The notes under the pieces are model-generated. The model was not told where the DNA came from, did not search any database, and saw only the letters and a program-made list of their open reading frames with translations. A DNA stretch of 43,610 bases from an uncultured Planctomycetaceae bacterium (GTDB lineage Bacteria; Planctomycetota; Planctomycetia; Planctomycetales; Planctomycetaceae), in assembly GCA_963976765.1 (NCBI GenBank), contig CAXBME010000044.1, forward strand, positions 1 through 43,610, written 5' to 3'. Positions 20,329-29,603 of this stretch are shown piece after piece. Position numbers and translations under genes: made by a program. Position 1 is the first letter of the stretch. Every line of letters starts with the position of its first letter.

Positions 20329-20386
20329 GGTCTCTGACCGACCAGCCGAATGCTCAGCCATCGAGCAGACTGGTCGCTGACCTGCC
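20329..20386. promoter_or_regulatory. Array of candidate UAS palindromes (GGTC-TCTGACC-GACC, GCTC-AGCCATC-GAGC, GGTC-GCTGACC-TGCC)
   Basis: Outer sites start 43 bp apart, as upstream of csrA. Lies directly upstream of the sigma54 activator gene. Confidence 0.55.
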
Positions 20387-20420
20387 AGTCAGGCAATTGA
20401 CGAACCGTGCTGGCAGGCTT

Positions 20421-20436
20421 TGGCACGATGTTTTCT
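20421..20436 (+). promoter_or_regulatory. Putative sigma54 promoter variant TGGCACG-ATGT-TTTCT
   Basis: Perfect -24 box with a -12 TTTC variant, about 85 nt before the activator ATG. Confidence 0.5.
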
Positions 20437-20520
20437 ACTAGAATCCTGAATCAATGATGCCGCAACCCCATCGTGGAGAAGCGGGCGTCTGTACCGATAC
20501 AGGAAAGGCTGCGTGACAAG

Positions 20521-22026
20521 ATGGCTCGAGTGCTCGTCGTGGATGATGATCGGTCTATTCACCTGATGGTGACGCGGTCCCTTGATCGACTGCCGGAAGC
20601 TCCCGAAATTCAAACCGGATCCGATGCAGGTTCTGCACTTCAGCTTACACGTTCATTCCAGCCGGATTGCGTGTTACTCGACGTCATCCTGCCCGGCGGT
20701 CAATCAGGTCTGGATATTCTGCGAGAGATTCATCAGATCGACTCGAAGTTGCCTGTGATTATGATGACCGGCGGAGGTGACAGTTCGACAGCCATTGAAG
20801 CCATGCAGCTTGGTGCGTATGACTACATCAACAAGCCGCTTGATCTGCCGGCACTGAATGAGCTGGTGCTGCGAGCTTTAGAAACGCGGCGGATGGCCAG
20901 CATCCCGGTCGCCATTGAAGCACACGGCACCGGCGCGCAAACGGGAGAAGCGTTTGTCGGTCGCAGCCCGCAAATGCTCGACGTGTTTAAGACGATCGGT
21001 CGAGTCGCCAAAGAAGACGTTCCTGTATTGATCCGCGGCGAGAGCGGAACCGGCAAAGAGCTGGTAGCACGCTCGCTCTATCAACACAGCGAACGTGTGG
21101 GAAAACCATTTCTCGCCGTCAACTGTGCCGCACTGCCAGACACGCTGCTGGAAAGTGAACTGTTCGGCCACGAGAAAGGCTCGTTCACCGGCGCAGACCG
21201 CAAGCGCATCGGGAAATTCGAGCAGTGCAACGGCGGTACAATTTTTCTGGATGAAGTCGGCGATATGTCGTCGGTCGTGCAGGGAAAAGTCCTGCGGCTG
21301 ATTCAGGAGCAGACTTTTGAACGGGTCGGCGGCAACGAGACAATCCAGACGGACGTTCGAATTATCTCGGCGACCAACCGGCCGCTCGAGGAGATGGTGG
21401 CTGCCGGCCAGTTTCGAGAAGACCTGCTTTACCGGCTGAATGGCGTGACGATCCAACTGCCTCCATTGCGTGAACGGCAAGGCGACGTGGCGTTGTTAAT
21501 CCAGCACTACCTCAACCAGCTTGCGCGCGATCTGCACCGATCAAATATTGAAGGGATTTCACCTGAGGCAGTGAAAGTGCTCGAAGCGCATGACTGGCCA
21601 GGCAACGTGCGAGAGTTGCAGGCGGTCGTGCGCCGAGCATTGCTGAACACCACCGGCCCCGTCGTTGTGCCAGACTTTTTACCGCCGGAGGTCAACTCGC
21701 CAGCCCGTCTGCAAAAGGTCAATGAGTGCTCCTCGATCACTTCCACCGCGACGTCGGACGACGTCGCTTCAACCTCAGACAAAGTAAACCACGATCTCGC
21801 GGCATTTGTAACAGGTCGACTCGCCAACGAATCCAGTGATCTGTATGCCGAGTCGATCGAATTCATGGAGAGATACGTTCTGACACGAGTTCTTCAGGAG
21901 ACCGGCGGCAACCAGACTCGCGCGGCAGAAATTCTCGGCATCACTCGCGGCAAGATCCGTTCGCGCATCCGCCAGTTCGGCATTCACCTGGAACGCAGCG
22001 TCGAAATCGAACCCGAACCGGCGTAG
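20521..22026 (+). CDS. Sigma54-dependent NtrC-family response regulator (REC-AAA+-Fis HTH)
   Basis: REC (VVDDD, LDVILP), GESGTGKE, ESELFGHEKGSFTGA, LDEVG, WPGNVREL and GNQTRAAEILGI. Confidence 0.95.
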   Translation: MARVLVVDDDRSIHLMVTRSLDRLPEAPEIQTGSDAGSALQLTRSFQPDCVLLDVILPGGQSGLDILREIHQIDSKLPVIMMTGGGDSSTAIEAMQLGAYDYINKPLDLPALNELVLRALETRRMASIPVAIEAHGTGAQTGEAFVGRSPQMLDVFKTIGRVAKEDVPVLIRGESGTGKELVARSLYQHSERVGKPFLAVNCAALPDTLLESELFGHEKGSFTGADRKRIGKFEQCNGGTIFLDEVGDMSSVVQGKVLRLIQEQTFERVGGNETIQTDVRIISATNRPLEEMVAAGQFREDLLYRLNGVTIQLPPLRERQGDVALLIQHYLNQLARDLHRSNIEGISPEAVKVLEAHDWPGNVRELQAVVRRALLNTTGPVVVPDFLPPEVNSPARLQKVNECSSITSTATSDDVASTSDKVNHDLAAFVTGRLANESSDLYAESIEFMERYVLTRVLQETGGNQTRAAEILGITRGKIRSRIRQFGIHLERSVEIEPEPA

Positions 22027-22087
22027 AACCAGAAGCCTTCACTGTGAATTAACAATGCGGCTGACGAGCTGATCGGTTCGTCGACCT

Positions 22088-23020
22088 TTATGGCGAAACG
22101 GGGGCGTCAATTGTGGAATCGCCCGAGAGTTTCAGATCGGGTGAAACGGGAACGGCTTTTGTTTGGGCAGCCGCTTCGAGTGCTGTTTCACGGTTGAGAA
22201 ATCTCGCCACAATGACGGTCACGTTGTCCGAACCACCATTATTGATCGCTTCGTGAATCAACGATCGGCACTGGTGTTCGGCATCGAGATCGCTCTGCAG
22301 CCTGTTCTGCAAAACGTCATCATCGACGTGCCTGGTCAGCCCATCCGTGCAGAACAACAGGGTGTCTCCAAGTTGCAGATCGACTCGCGAAACATCCGGA
22401 CTTGCCACGCATCCAGCACCGATCGAATTCCACAATGTGTTAGACCACCGCTCTGCGACGTCGTCTTCAATTTCGTCGTTGATTCCAGCATCCAGCAGTT
22501 GCTGCTTGACGGTATGGTCGTGAGTCAGTTGAGCCAACCTGCCATCTCGAAACCGATAGCACCGGCTGTCACCCACATGCAGAAGATACATCCGCGGCCA
22601 GATGACGTAGCCCATCGTCAGTGTAGTACCCATTCCTTTTTCGTTAGGATGAACTGTTTCTTCAACGGCCATACTGGTTTCACACTGTTTCAGTGCTTCG
22701 ACAAGTTCTTCTCGAAAGTCTTCATCCTGAGACGGATCCAGTCGGAAAAACCACGGCATTGTGTTGAGCATGTATGTCGTTATGGCCTGAACCGCGACCT
22801 GGCTGGCGCGGTCGCCAGAGGAGTGCCCCCCCAGTCCGTCCGCGACAATCAACAACTGTCCCTGCGAACCTCCGAACAACGTTTCGTTATCGTCAACACT
22901 AAGGCTGCTCTGATGCAGCCTCAACGACTTTGTGAGGTCAGCAACCAGAAACTGATCTTCGTTGCGTTGCCGCACACGTCCCTGATCGGTCATTCCGAAG
23001 ATGTCAATTTTCCCCTGCAT
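22088..23020 (-). CDS. PP2C-family Ser/Thr protein phosphatase
   Basis: GRVRQRNEDQF, VADGLGG, MGTT, HVGDSRCY, CTDGL and GGSDNVT motifs. Confidence 0.93.
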   Translation of the reverse strand: MQGKIDIFGMTDQGRVRQRNEDQFLVADLTKSLRLHQSSLSVDDNETLFGGSQGQLLIVADGLGGHSSGDRASQVAVQAITTYMLNTMPWFFRLDPSQDEDFREELVEALKQCETSMAVEETVHPNEKGMGTTLTMGYVIWPRMYLLHVGDSRCYRFRDGRLAQLTHDHTVKQQLLDAGINDEIEDDVAERWSNTLWNSIGAGCVASPDVSRVDLQLGDTLLFCTDGLTRHVDDDVLQNRLQSDLDAEHQCRSLIHEAINNGGSDNVTVIVARFLNRETALEAAAQTKAVPVSPDLKLSGDSTIDAPVSP

Positions 23021-23095
23021 GAATGAACCTTTCGTGAAGGATGTGCCAGCCGACGTCCGTTATTTACAACTTGTCGCGTTCCGTAATTCGACTCG

Positions 23096-24082
23096 TTAAT
23101 CGTCATCCTCGGCGTAGTAGGCATCGATTTCGTTTGACATCTTCGGGTCTCGCAGGTCCGGCCAGTTTCTGACATCAAAACTGGGAGCACGAGACAGGCG
23201 GCGATGTTTGACTTCCAGTTCGAGGCAAGGTTTTCCGGCTTCCGTTTCGAAATCCAACCTGTGCCACGGAATCAGGAAGCGACGGTCTTCAATGCCGATC
23301 GAATTGTCAAAGTGCAGCACCGCATAACGTGCGTGGCCGCTGGCAAAGTCGATCACGACGTCAGACAGACCTCCGATGTGCTGCTCAGACTTGTCACCAA
23401 TGACCGGGAAGTTTTCGATCTGCGAGACACGTTCCAGATGCTCGATTGTCCGCACAGGGTCAGGCTCCGTGCCAAACCTCGTCTTCACATCTCCGGGTTT
23501 AACATAAACGCCGTAGAAGATATCGACATCTTCCTGCCAGTGACGGTTGGCAAAGTTCGGCCACTGGTTCCGCACAAATCCCGGCGCGCGTTTGAATGTC
23601 TCTTCTTCGATATTCACGACGAGATAGAACGCGCCAAGATCGTTACGAGCAAGCTGGAAACGGTCCCACGGAACAGCGAACAGTTTGTTGCGACCGAACA
23701 TCGCTGGATACTCGACCGCAACGTAACGCACTTTGCCGGAACGCAGATCGACGACAACATCATCGACTCGACCGATTTCGTCGTGCTGGGGATCCATAAC
23801 CGGCGTGTCAATCAGCTTTGTTCCGCGGAACAGCCAGTGGCTGCTACGTTCTGCGATTGGAACTCCATCCCGACGATCACGCCCACCGACGTTGATATCG
23901 ATCAGCCCGGCCCGGACACGCACGCCGCCTCGGTCTCCGACGTTGACATCCACTCCGAAGAGTCCGCGTGCAGTATCAGCAATATCCTGAAATGGTGGTT
24001 CAGCCCCTGGAGCACGAGGGGTGAAGGCAAACATTGTGAGCCCAGCCAGTGTGACCAATGCGATGATGATATTTCGGAGCAT
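23096..24082 (-). CDS. Secreted protein with two PRC-barrel domains
   Basis: Signal peptide from MLRNIII (AAGGA RBS). Two copies of IG.v.DvvvD..SG.vRYav...fAvPW...AP.F....WP. Confidence 0.85.
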   Translation of the reverse strand: MLRNIIIALVTLAGLTMFAFTPRAPGAEPPFQDIADTARGLFGVDVNVGDRGGVRVRAGLIDINVGGRDRRDGVPIAERSSHWLFRGTKLIDTPVMDPQHDEIGRVDDVVVDLRSGKVRYVAVEYPAMFGRNKLFAVPWDRFQLARNDLGAFYLVVNIEEETFKRAPGFVRNQWPNFANRHWQEDVDIFYGVYVKPGDVKTRFGTEPDPVRTIEHLERVSQIENFPVIGDKSEQHIGGLSDVVIDFASGHARYAVLHFDNSIGIEDRRFLIPWHRLDFETEAGKPCLELEVKHRRLSRAPSFDVRNWPDLRDPKMSNEIDAYYAEDDD

Positions 24083-24173
24083 GACATTTTCCTTTGTGGT
24101 GAATGTTGACCGATGAATTTTTGAAGCTGACAGCCTGCGCTGGCTGTTGGCTGGTACGAATTGTCGAGCAGGA

Positions 24174-24878
24174 TCAGCAGTGGGAAACATGACTGGCCCC
24201 TTCATGATTGCTGGTTGAATGAATCTGCTGGAGCCGTTCGGCCTGCTGCAGAAATTGACGGGTCTGAGGCAGTCGCCGGACTGGGATCATCGAACGATGC
24301 AGCACAAACTGCTGAAACCGGTCTTCGACCGTTTCACGAATGCTGCCGTCTGGCAGCACCCACAGTGCGAGTTCATAAGCCGACTGCACGCGATACTCTT
24401 CCCGTCGGCACCCATCCATCAGAGCGAAGTCCGAAGCTTCCGTCAGTACCGAAAGACATCGCATCAGGCATCGCCGGACAGAACCGCTCAAACCGAAACG
24501 GTGGTGAAAGCCGGTCCCCTCCGTTTCAAGCAGACGCTGAAACTTCTGAGCAGAAGTTTCATGAAGCTCCGCCAGTTGGTGGAGCCACGCTTTGAAATCG
24601 GGATCGCCCGCCAGGTCGTTCGCCAGGCTCGTCGTTTTCGCCGCCTGCCGGGATGCATTGGCCAACCGATTCAGGGCGATGGCCATCGAAGGAACCTGCG
24701 ATTCATCCTCAAGACCGCCATCTATTTGCCTGCCAGCATTACTGCTTGTGTTCGGGTTAGCTGTTGTAGGCTTGTCGCGTGAAAGCTCTGCGGATTCAGG
24801 TTCCGCCGCGAGTGCGTCCTTCCTGGCTGTGCTGATCATGACCTCTCTCCATTTAATGGGTTCATTTAGTAAGTTCAT
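24174..24878 (-). CDS. Divergent PA2169/DUF2383-like four-helix-bundle protein
   Basis: LNRL...DPDFKAWL..LA..H...A..FQ...GSVRR....L....D.ALMDGCRREE...AYE.AL aligns by eye with the PA2169 family. Confidence 0.6.
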   Translation of the reverse strand: MNLLNEPIKWREVMISTARKDALAAEPESAELSRDKPTTANPNTSSNAGRQIDGGLEDESQVPSMAIALNRLANASRQAAKTTSLANDLAGDPDFKAWLHQLAELHETSAQKFQRLLETEGTGFHHRFGLSGSVRRCLMRCLSVLTEASDFALMDGCRREEYRVQSAYELALWVLPDGSIRETVEDRFQQFVLHRSMIPVRRLPQTRQFLQQAERLQQIHSTSNHEGASHVSHC

Positions 24879-24958
24879 TTATCTGTGGTACCCCTATTGA
24901 GCACCCAGGTTGCGATCGTCGACTTACACGAAGGCGAACTTCGACAAGCGGGGGATTA

Positions 24959-24974
24959 TGCAAGGGCTATGCCA
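24959..24974 (-). promoter_or_regulatory. Putative sigma54 promoter TGGCAT-AGCCC-TTGCA
   Basis: Near-perfect consensus upstream of the PA2169-like / PRC / PP2C run. Confidence 0.72.
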
Positions 24975-25138
24975 GTCGATTTTCTGCGGCGGAACCAGCG
25001 CCAGAAGCGGCGTTCTTCGGAGAGTCGTCTCAAAAACACGATCTAATAGAACGCTGACTGGCTGCTGAGGGGCCATGATGAACGCCGCGACTCCAGTGAA
25101 TGATATCCAGTCCGGCGGTAACGCTGATTCGCCGGTCG

Positions 25139-25154
25139 TGGTATGGATATTGCG
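25139..25154 (+). promoter_or_regulatory. Putative sigma54 promoter TGGTAT-GGATA-TTGCG
   Basis: GG-N10-GC, divergent from the 24959 promoter, upstream of 25280. Confidence 0.6.
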
Positions 25155-25279
25155 ATCCCCATCCCCCGGCGCAAGTACAAAACGCGGCCCCGCGTCTTCT
25201 TGAGATCGTCCGCCACTTTTCCGATCGATGGATCAATCAGTGAACCATCGAGGCACCAGGCAATTGAAAGGACAGTTCC

Positions 25280-25828
25280 ATGACGACTGTAACAATGACC
25301 GAACGGCAGGCGGCAATTGAGCAGATTGACTCCATGATCCAGAACATTGAAATTGCCATGCTCACAACACATGCCGAAACCGGGTTACTGCGAAGCTGCC
25401 CGATGATCAGCGTCTGTCGGCATTTTGATGGCGATCTCTGGTTCTTCAGTCATAATGACGACCCTCGCATGCAAGACATTCAGTCGCATCCGCGAGTCGG
25501 TGTCGCTTATGCCTGCCCCGCTGCGAAGAACTACGTGTCGATGTGTGGTGAAGCAAGCATCGTGAAAGACCGGCAGAAGTTCGAAACACTCTGGAAAGAC
25601 GACCTGCAATCGTGGTTCCCGGAAGGCGTCAAAACGCCAGGGCTCATCCTGATTCGGATCAGGGTCGACCACGCCGAGTACTGGGACCACAAGCGCATAA
25701 CCATGAAACACCTGATGAACTACGCGAAGTCTCTGGTGACAGGCGAACCGGTGGACGACGTCGACCACGAAGAAATCTCCTGGCCGCGCGCGGTGACTCC
25801 AAACAAGGATGAGGCCGTTGATCCCTGA
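25280..25828 (+). CDS. General stress protein 26 / pyridoxamine 5'-phosphate oxidase-like FMN-binding protein
   Basis: IAMLTT...LRSCPM, FDGDLWFF, YVSMCGEA, WFPEG..TPGLILI and AEYWD motifs. Confidence 0.88.
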   Translation: MTTVTMTERQAAIEQIDSMIQNIEIAMLTTHAETGLLRSCPMISVCRHFDGDLWFFSHNDDPRMQDIQSHPRVGVAYACPAAKNYVSMCGEASIVKDRQKFETLWKDDLQSWFPEGVKTPGLILIRIRVDHAEYWDHKRITMKHLMNYAKSLVTGEPVDDVDHEEISWPRAVTPNKDEAVDP

Positions 25829-25852
25829 TACTCGATTTTTGTCCGTCGCGCG

Positions 25853-26290
25853 ATGGCTGGTCTCGTTACAGAGTTCTTGCTCCGGTCGATCTTTCGCCCG
25901 CACGACTTTGCGCCGCCGAAATGTCGCTGCTGTTTGTGAAAAAAACTCCCGTTATGCGTGTGGCGCAGATGCCAATGGACGTGTCCGTACCTGCAATTAA
26001 CGAGAGAGCTGTCGCCATGTCGAAAATCAGACAAGGCTCAGAAATCCCCTGAAGCGTCCCAGGCAAAGTCGGAAAGCTCAACGGTTCACTGCACCGTTGG
26101 TTTCGGACATCCAAGCTCAACGATTACGGAATACACTGAGCAGCAGGGCAACGAACTAATCGTCATGCTTCCACACGGGCACTCAGGTTTGCAGCGTTTT
26201 CTGCCTGGCTGGGCAACTGAAAATTTCTTCGAACGGCTCCATGTCCCGTGCTCGCCCTGCATCACGATCCCGCACATCAAAGTAGCAAAT
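25853..26290 (+). pseudogene. Frameshifted universal stress protein (USP) remnant
   Basis: RVLAPVDLS in one frame, GHPSSTITEY..QQGNELIVM..HGHSGLQRF in a second, LRTAPCPVL in a third. Confidence 0.7.
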
Positions 26291-26507
26291 CGCTTCGGCA
26301 CATGGTCGATTCGTCCAAGAAGTCGACCTCAGACCCGGTCCGCGACATCGGAGAGACTGGTTCTGAGCCTCTCCCAGCCAGATTTCGTCCCCAGCATCCC
26401 GGCATGGTCGCAGCGGATTCCGTTTCTGGCGGCCAGTGACGCGATCAACAGCCGAGGTATGCGCAAATCCTCAACGCCCAACATCGCCCAGACGTTAAAT
26501 GCAAATC

Positions 26508-28232
26508 CTATACTTGCTTCGACATTCTCTCAGCCAGCCGAGACAAAGCGGGACTGATATCGTCAAAGCTTAGATGCGCATTGATCAGGCTGAACGATTT
26601 CGTATTGGCGACGGCGGTTCTCATCGCTGTGTCGAACTCCCCACAGGTGCGAGCTTCCAGGCCCAGGCCGCCTCCCAGGACCGCTGGCAGACAATGGAAG
26701 TTCCAACTGGCAATATCGTTGAACGGCCCTTCCTGCAGAAACCGTTCGGTGGTGTATCCGTGATTGTTCAGCACAACGACGATCGGATTTCCGCCACGAC
26801 GCAGCACGGTCGAAAGCTCCATCCCTGTCATCTGAAACGCTCCGTCACCGACCAGCACAATTGGTCGCAGTTTTGGGTTGGCTGACTGAGCCCCCAGCGC
26901 CGCCGGAACCGCAAACCCCATAGAGGCGTAATAGGCCGAGCTGAGAAATTTGGTCTGTCGATGAATGCTCAGGTCGACCGCTCCAAACAGTGAGTCTCCC
27001 ACGTCGGCAACCACGATCGACTTTTCATCGAGTAGCTCGTTCACCTGTCCGAACAAGTGCCGGACAGTGAGTGGTTCGTCGGGACTCGACTGGTCCGGCG
27101 CCTTGTCACGATCGGGAATCGCGGGCGGAAAACGGTTCATCGTCAGCTTGCGTTTCTGCAAACCTGCGACAAAGTCCTTCAGCAACACGTCGTGGTAAAA
27201 GTGGTGTCGGATGCGGAGCTTTTCCGTGGTCGCGTACACACACTTCGCCGGATCAAGTTTGGCGGTAAAGATTCCCAGGTTGATGTCCGTCATAAATGTT
27301 CCCAGCAGGATCACACAATCGCTGGCTTCAACATACTCACGTGCAAAACCGTCGCCCATCGCGCCTTCGTAGACACCGAGGTAGAGTGGGTGTTTCTCAC
27401 TGACGACTGACTTGCCCAGCAAAGTGGCACACATGGGAATCTGATTCTGTTCGGCAAACTTCAGCACCTGCTTCTGCAAACCAAAGCGATGAATTTCGAC
27501 ACCGACAATCAGCACCGGATGCTCCGCGTTTTCAATTGATCGAGCGGCTTCGACCAGCGCCTCTTCCAGCGCCGCCGGAATACTTTCTTCCGAAGTCTGT
27601 TCGCGCTCGTACGGCCAGGTCGGACGAAGGTTGACGCAGTCGCGTGGGATCTCCAGATAAACCGGTCGCTGATACTTCAGTGCGGCATCAATACAACGAT
27701 CGATTTCTGCCAATGCTGTATCAGGATCATGGAGCACTGCTCCGGCAACCGTGATTTTATCGAACACGTCGTATTGCGTGGCGAAGTCTCGAACTTTGTG
27801 ATGCAGCAACGGGTCTCGTTTTCGTTCGTCCATCCCAGGCGAGCCGCTGATCACGATAACCGGGGACTTTTCAGCAAACGCACCGGCAATCGGATTGCAA
27901 AGACTCAGTCCACCCACGCAGTAGGTCACACAGACCGCACCCAGCCCGTTCACCCGAGCATATCCGTCTGCCGCGTACCCGGCAGCGGCTTCATTGGTTG
28001 TACCAATCACGTCGATCGGACTGTCTTCGAGCATTCCGTAAAACTTCAGCACGAAGTCGCCAGGGATCCCGAACACATGCCGCACGTTTTCCTCCTGAAG
28101 TCGTTGAATCAGGTACTCCCCGATGCATGGGCGGAACTCATCCTTTGATCTGGCGGCACTTGTAGAAGCACCTTTTCGAGCAGAACCACTGTCTGATATT
28201 TGGCTCGCAGGCTTTCCTATTTTGGTCGACAT
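26508..28232 (-). CDS. ThDP-dependent 2-oxo-acid decarboxylase (pyruvate/indolepyruvate decarboxylase family)
   Basis: FGIPGDF, TNE, LLHH and GDGAFQMT...NNHGY..E motifs. Confidence 0.92.
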   Translation of the reverse strand: MSTKIGKPASQISDSGSARKGASTSAARSKDEFRPCIGEYLIQRLQEENVRHVFGIPGDFVLKFYGMLEDSPIDVIGTTNEAAAGYAADGYARVNGLGAVCVTYCVGGLSLCNPIAGAFAEKSPVIVISGSPGMDERKRDPLLHHKVRDFATQYDVFDKITVAGAVLHDPDTALAEIDRCIDAALKYQRPVYLEIPRDCVNLRPTWPYEREQTSEESIPAALEEALVEAARSIENAEHPVLIVGVEIHRFGLQKQVLKFAEQNQIPMCATLLGKSVVSEKHPLYLGVYEGAMGDGFAREYVEASDCVILLGTFMTDINLGIFTAKLDPAKCVYATTEKLRIRHHFYHDVLLKDFVAGLQKRKLTMNRFPPAIPDRDKAPDQSSPDEPLTVRHLFGQVNELLDEKSIVVADVGDSLFGAVDLSIHRQTKFLSSAYYASMGFAVPAALGAQSANPKLRPIVLVGDGAFQMTGMELSTVLRRGGNPIVVVLNNHGYTTERFLQEGPFNDIASWNFHCLPAVLGGGLGLEARTCGEFDTAMRTAVANTKSFSLINAHLSFDDISPALSRLAERMSKQV

Positions 28233-28809
28233 GGCAGGTCTCCCGAGCAGGATGACGCGTGAATCAGGACTTCCTGTGAAATCCACCTGACAGCAAACAC
28301 TTCCGGGAAGTAATACGAAGGCGACGACAAATGCTGTGGAATTGATTCGCCGCTACCGACGCCCACACTGCGAGGTGCAGGCAATGGAAACACAACTTCG
28401 GCTGGGCTTTCGCGATTCAGTTTGGCGTTTACGGGCTGACATATCTTCTTCGCTCGACAGAACTCACTCCGTTCTGTGGCGTACTCAAGTCGAAGACGGC
28501 AAATGACTTGATTATCATCGGTTTGCTCAGCTTCGTTACCAGATCATTTCAGGCCATTTTGTACCAGCAGGATGAGTCTCAATCAGACGATCTCAATCAG
28601 ACGAAGAGTCAGCCGACAGCTCGGACTCAAACACCGTCCGGAGTGACGGCTCAGCAAATGACAAACCGCTGTCCGGAAACCGTCCGTAGCGCAGCCAGTT
28701 GTCACTGCTTCCACAACTGACCTCGACGGTCCGCTCGTCGTTACAAGCTTCGTCGTGGAATGTCTCACGCTGGTCGATCTCCCGTCAATCCGCGCTGCCG
28801 GAAACCAGT

Positions 28810-29267
28810 GTCCTGTTGATTCCGTCGCGGATTTGGCGGAATTAATTGGCTTCGTACTTCCGGCATCTCTTTTGCGATGTCTTCTGAGATGACGTCAGGT
28901 GACCTTGCCTTTCGGATGACCTATCAGGTGTCGGCCTTTGGAATGTCTCCTGCAAACGCAGCACCGCCGACCGGCCAACCGGAATGTTGGGGGGGGGGGG
29001 AATACCATGTCCAGCGCATCAGACAGGCAGTCTCAGAGAGCCATTCGTAAAGAACAGACTGACGATCACTACGAAGTGGACGTTGTCTATGCCAGAAATA
29101 TTCTGGGTTGGAAGCCGACACGCAGCCTCCGTCTCACCTTACCGGGCATGATCGGTCTATTTCATGCCGACCGCGAGGGCTGGTACGAGGAGCACAATTT
29201 GAAGATTCCGGAAGCCACTGAATTCCGAAACTGGAAAGCGACCGGACAGCCGGCAACGCCGTTTTAG
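28810..29267 (+). pseudogene. Internally deleted NAD-dependent epimerase-like remnant
   Basis: C-terminal DDHYEVD...ARNILGWKPTRSLRLTLP.MI....ADREGWY. Degraded N-terminal fragments (ELIG, YQVSAFG). G12 run near the junction. Boundaries approximate. Confidence 0.5.
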
Positions 29268-29363
29268 ACTGCCCCGATCTTATTTTGTTAGCGAATATCG
29301 CCTCATCGAGAATCAATATTTGGATTCACTGCTGGTCACAACTCCGACCAAGGAGAGTTTGTC

Positions 29364-29603
29364 ATGAACGCTTTATCCACCAACGATCGTCCCGTCGTCG
29401 TCTTTCAGGTGAATGAACCTCTGCGTGCCGAAATGGTCAAAGCTTCGCTGGAAGCCGCCGGCATAGACACTCAGCTGACCAACGGGAATCAGGGAAGCTT
29501 TGCAGGCGTCGATCTTGTACCTGTCGAGCTGGTCGTGAAAGCCGAGGATGCTGAAAGGACGCCAACAGTAATCGCCGTGCACGAGCATTTGAATGATGTG
29601 TGA
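29364..29603 (+). CDS. DUF2007 (PII-like putative signal-transducing) small protein
   Basis: AEMVKASLEAAGI...NQG...VELVVKAEDAE. AAGGAG RBS. Confidence 0.8.
   Translation: MNALSTNDRPVVVFQVNEPLRAEMVKASLEAAGIDTQLTNGNQGSFAGVDLVPVELVVKAEDAERTPTVIAVHEHLNDV

Noticed and set aside
22072..22087. GATC-N8-GACC near the activator 3' end
   Set aside because: Wrong spacing, and it lies between convergent gene ends.
22163..24782. Long + strand ORFs (287, 301 and 187 aa)
   Set aside because: Antisense shadows of PP2C, the PRC-barrel gene and the PA2169-like gene, with no motifs. The same applies to 6401-7279(-) and 35467-36153(-).
24975..25138. Enhancer palindromes between the second divergent promoter pair
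   Set aside because: Only GCTGA-core partial matches are present; the arms are too degenerate to support.
25958..26557. 199-aa intact protein
   Set aside because: Only its middle matches USP; it is one frame of a frameshifted pseudogene.
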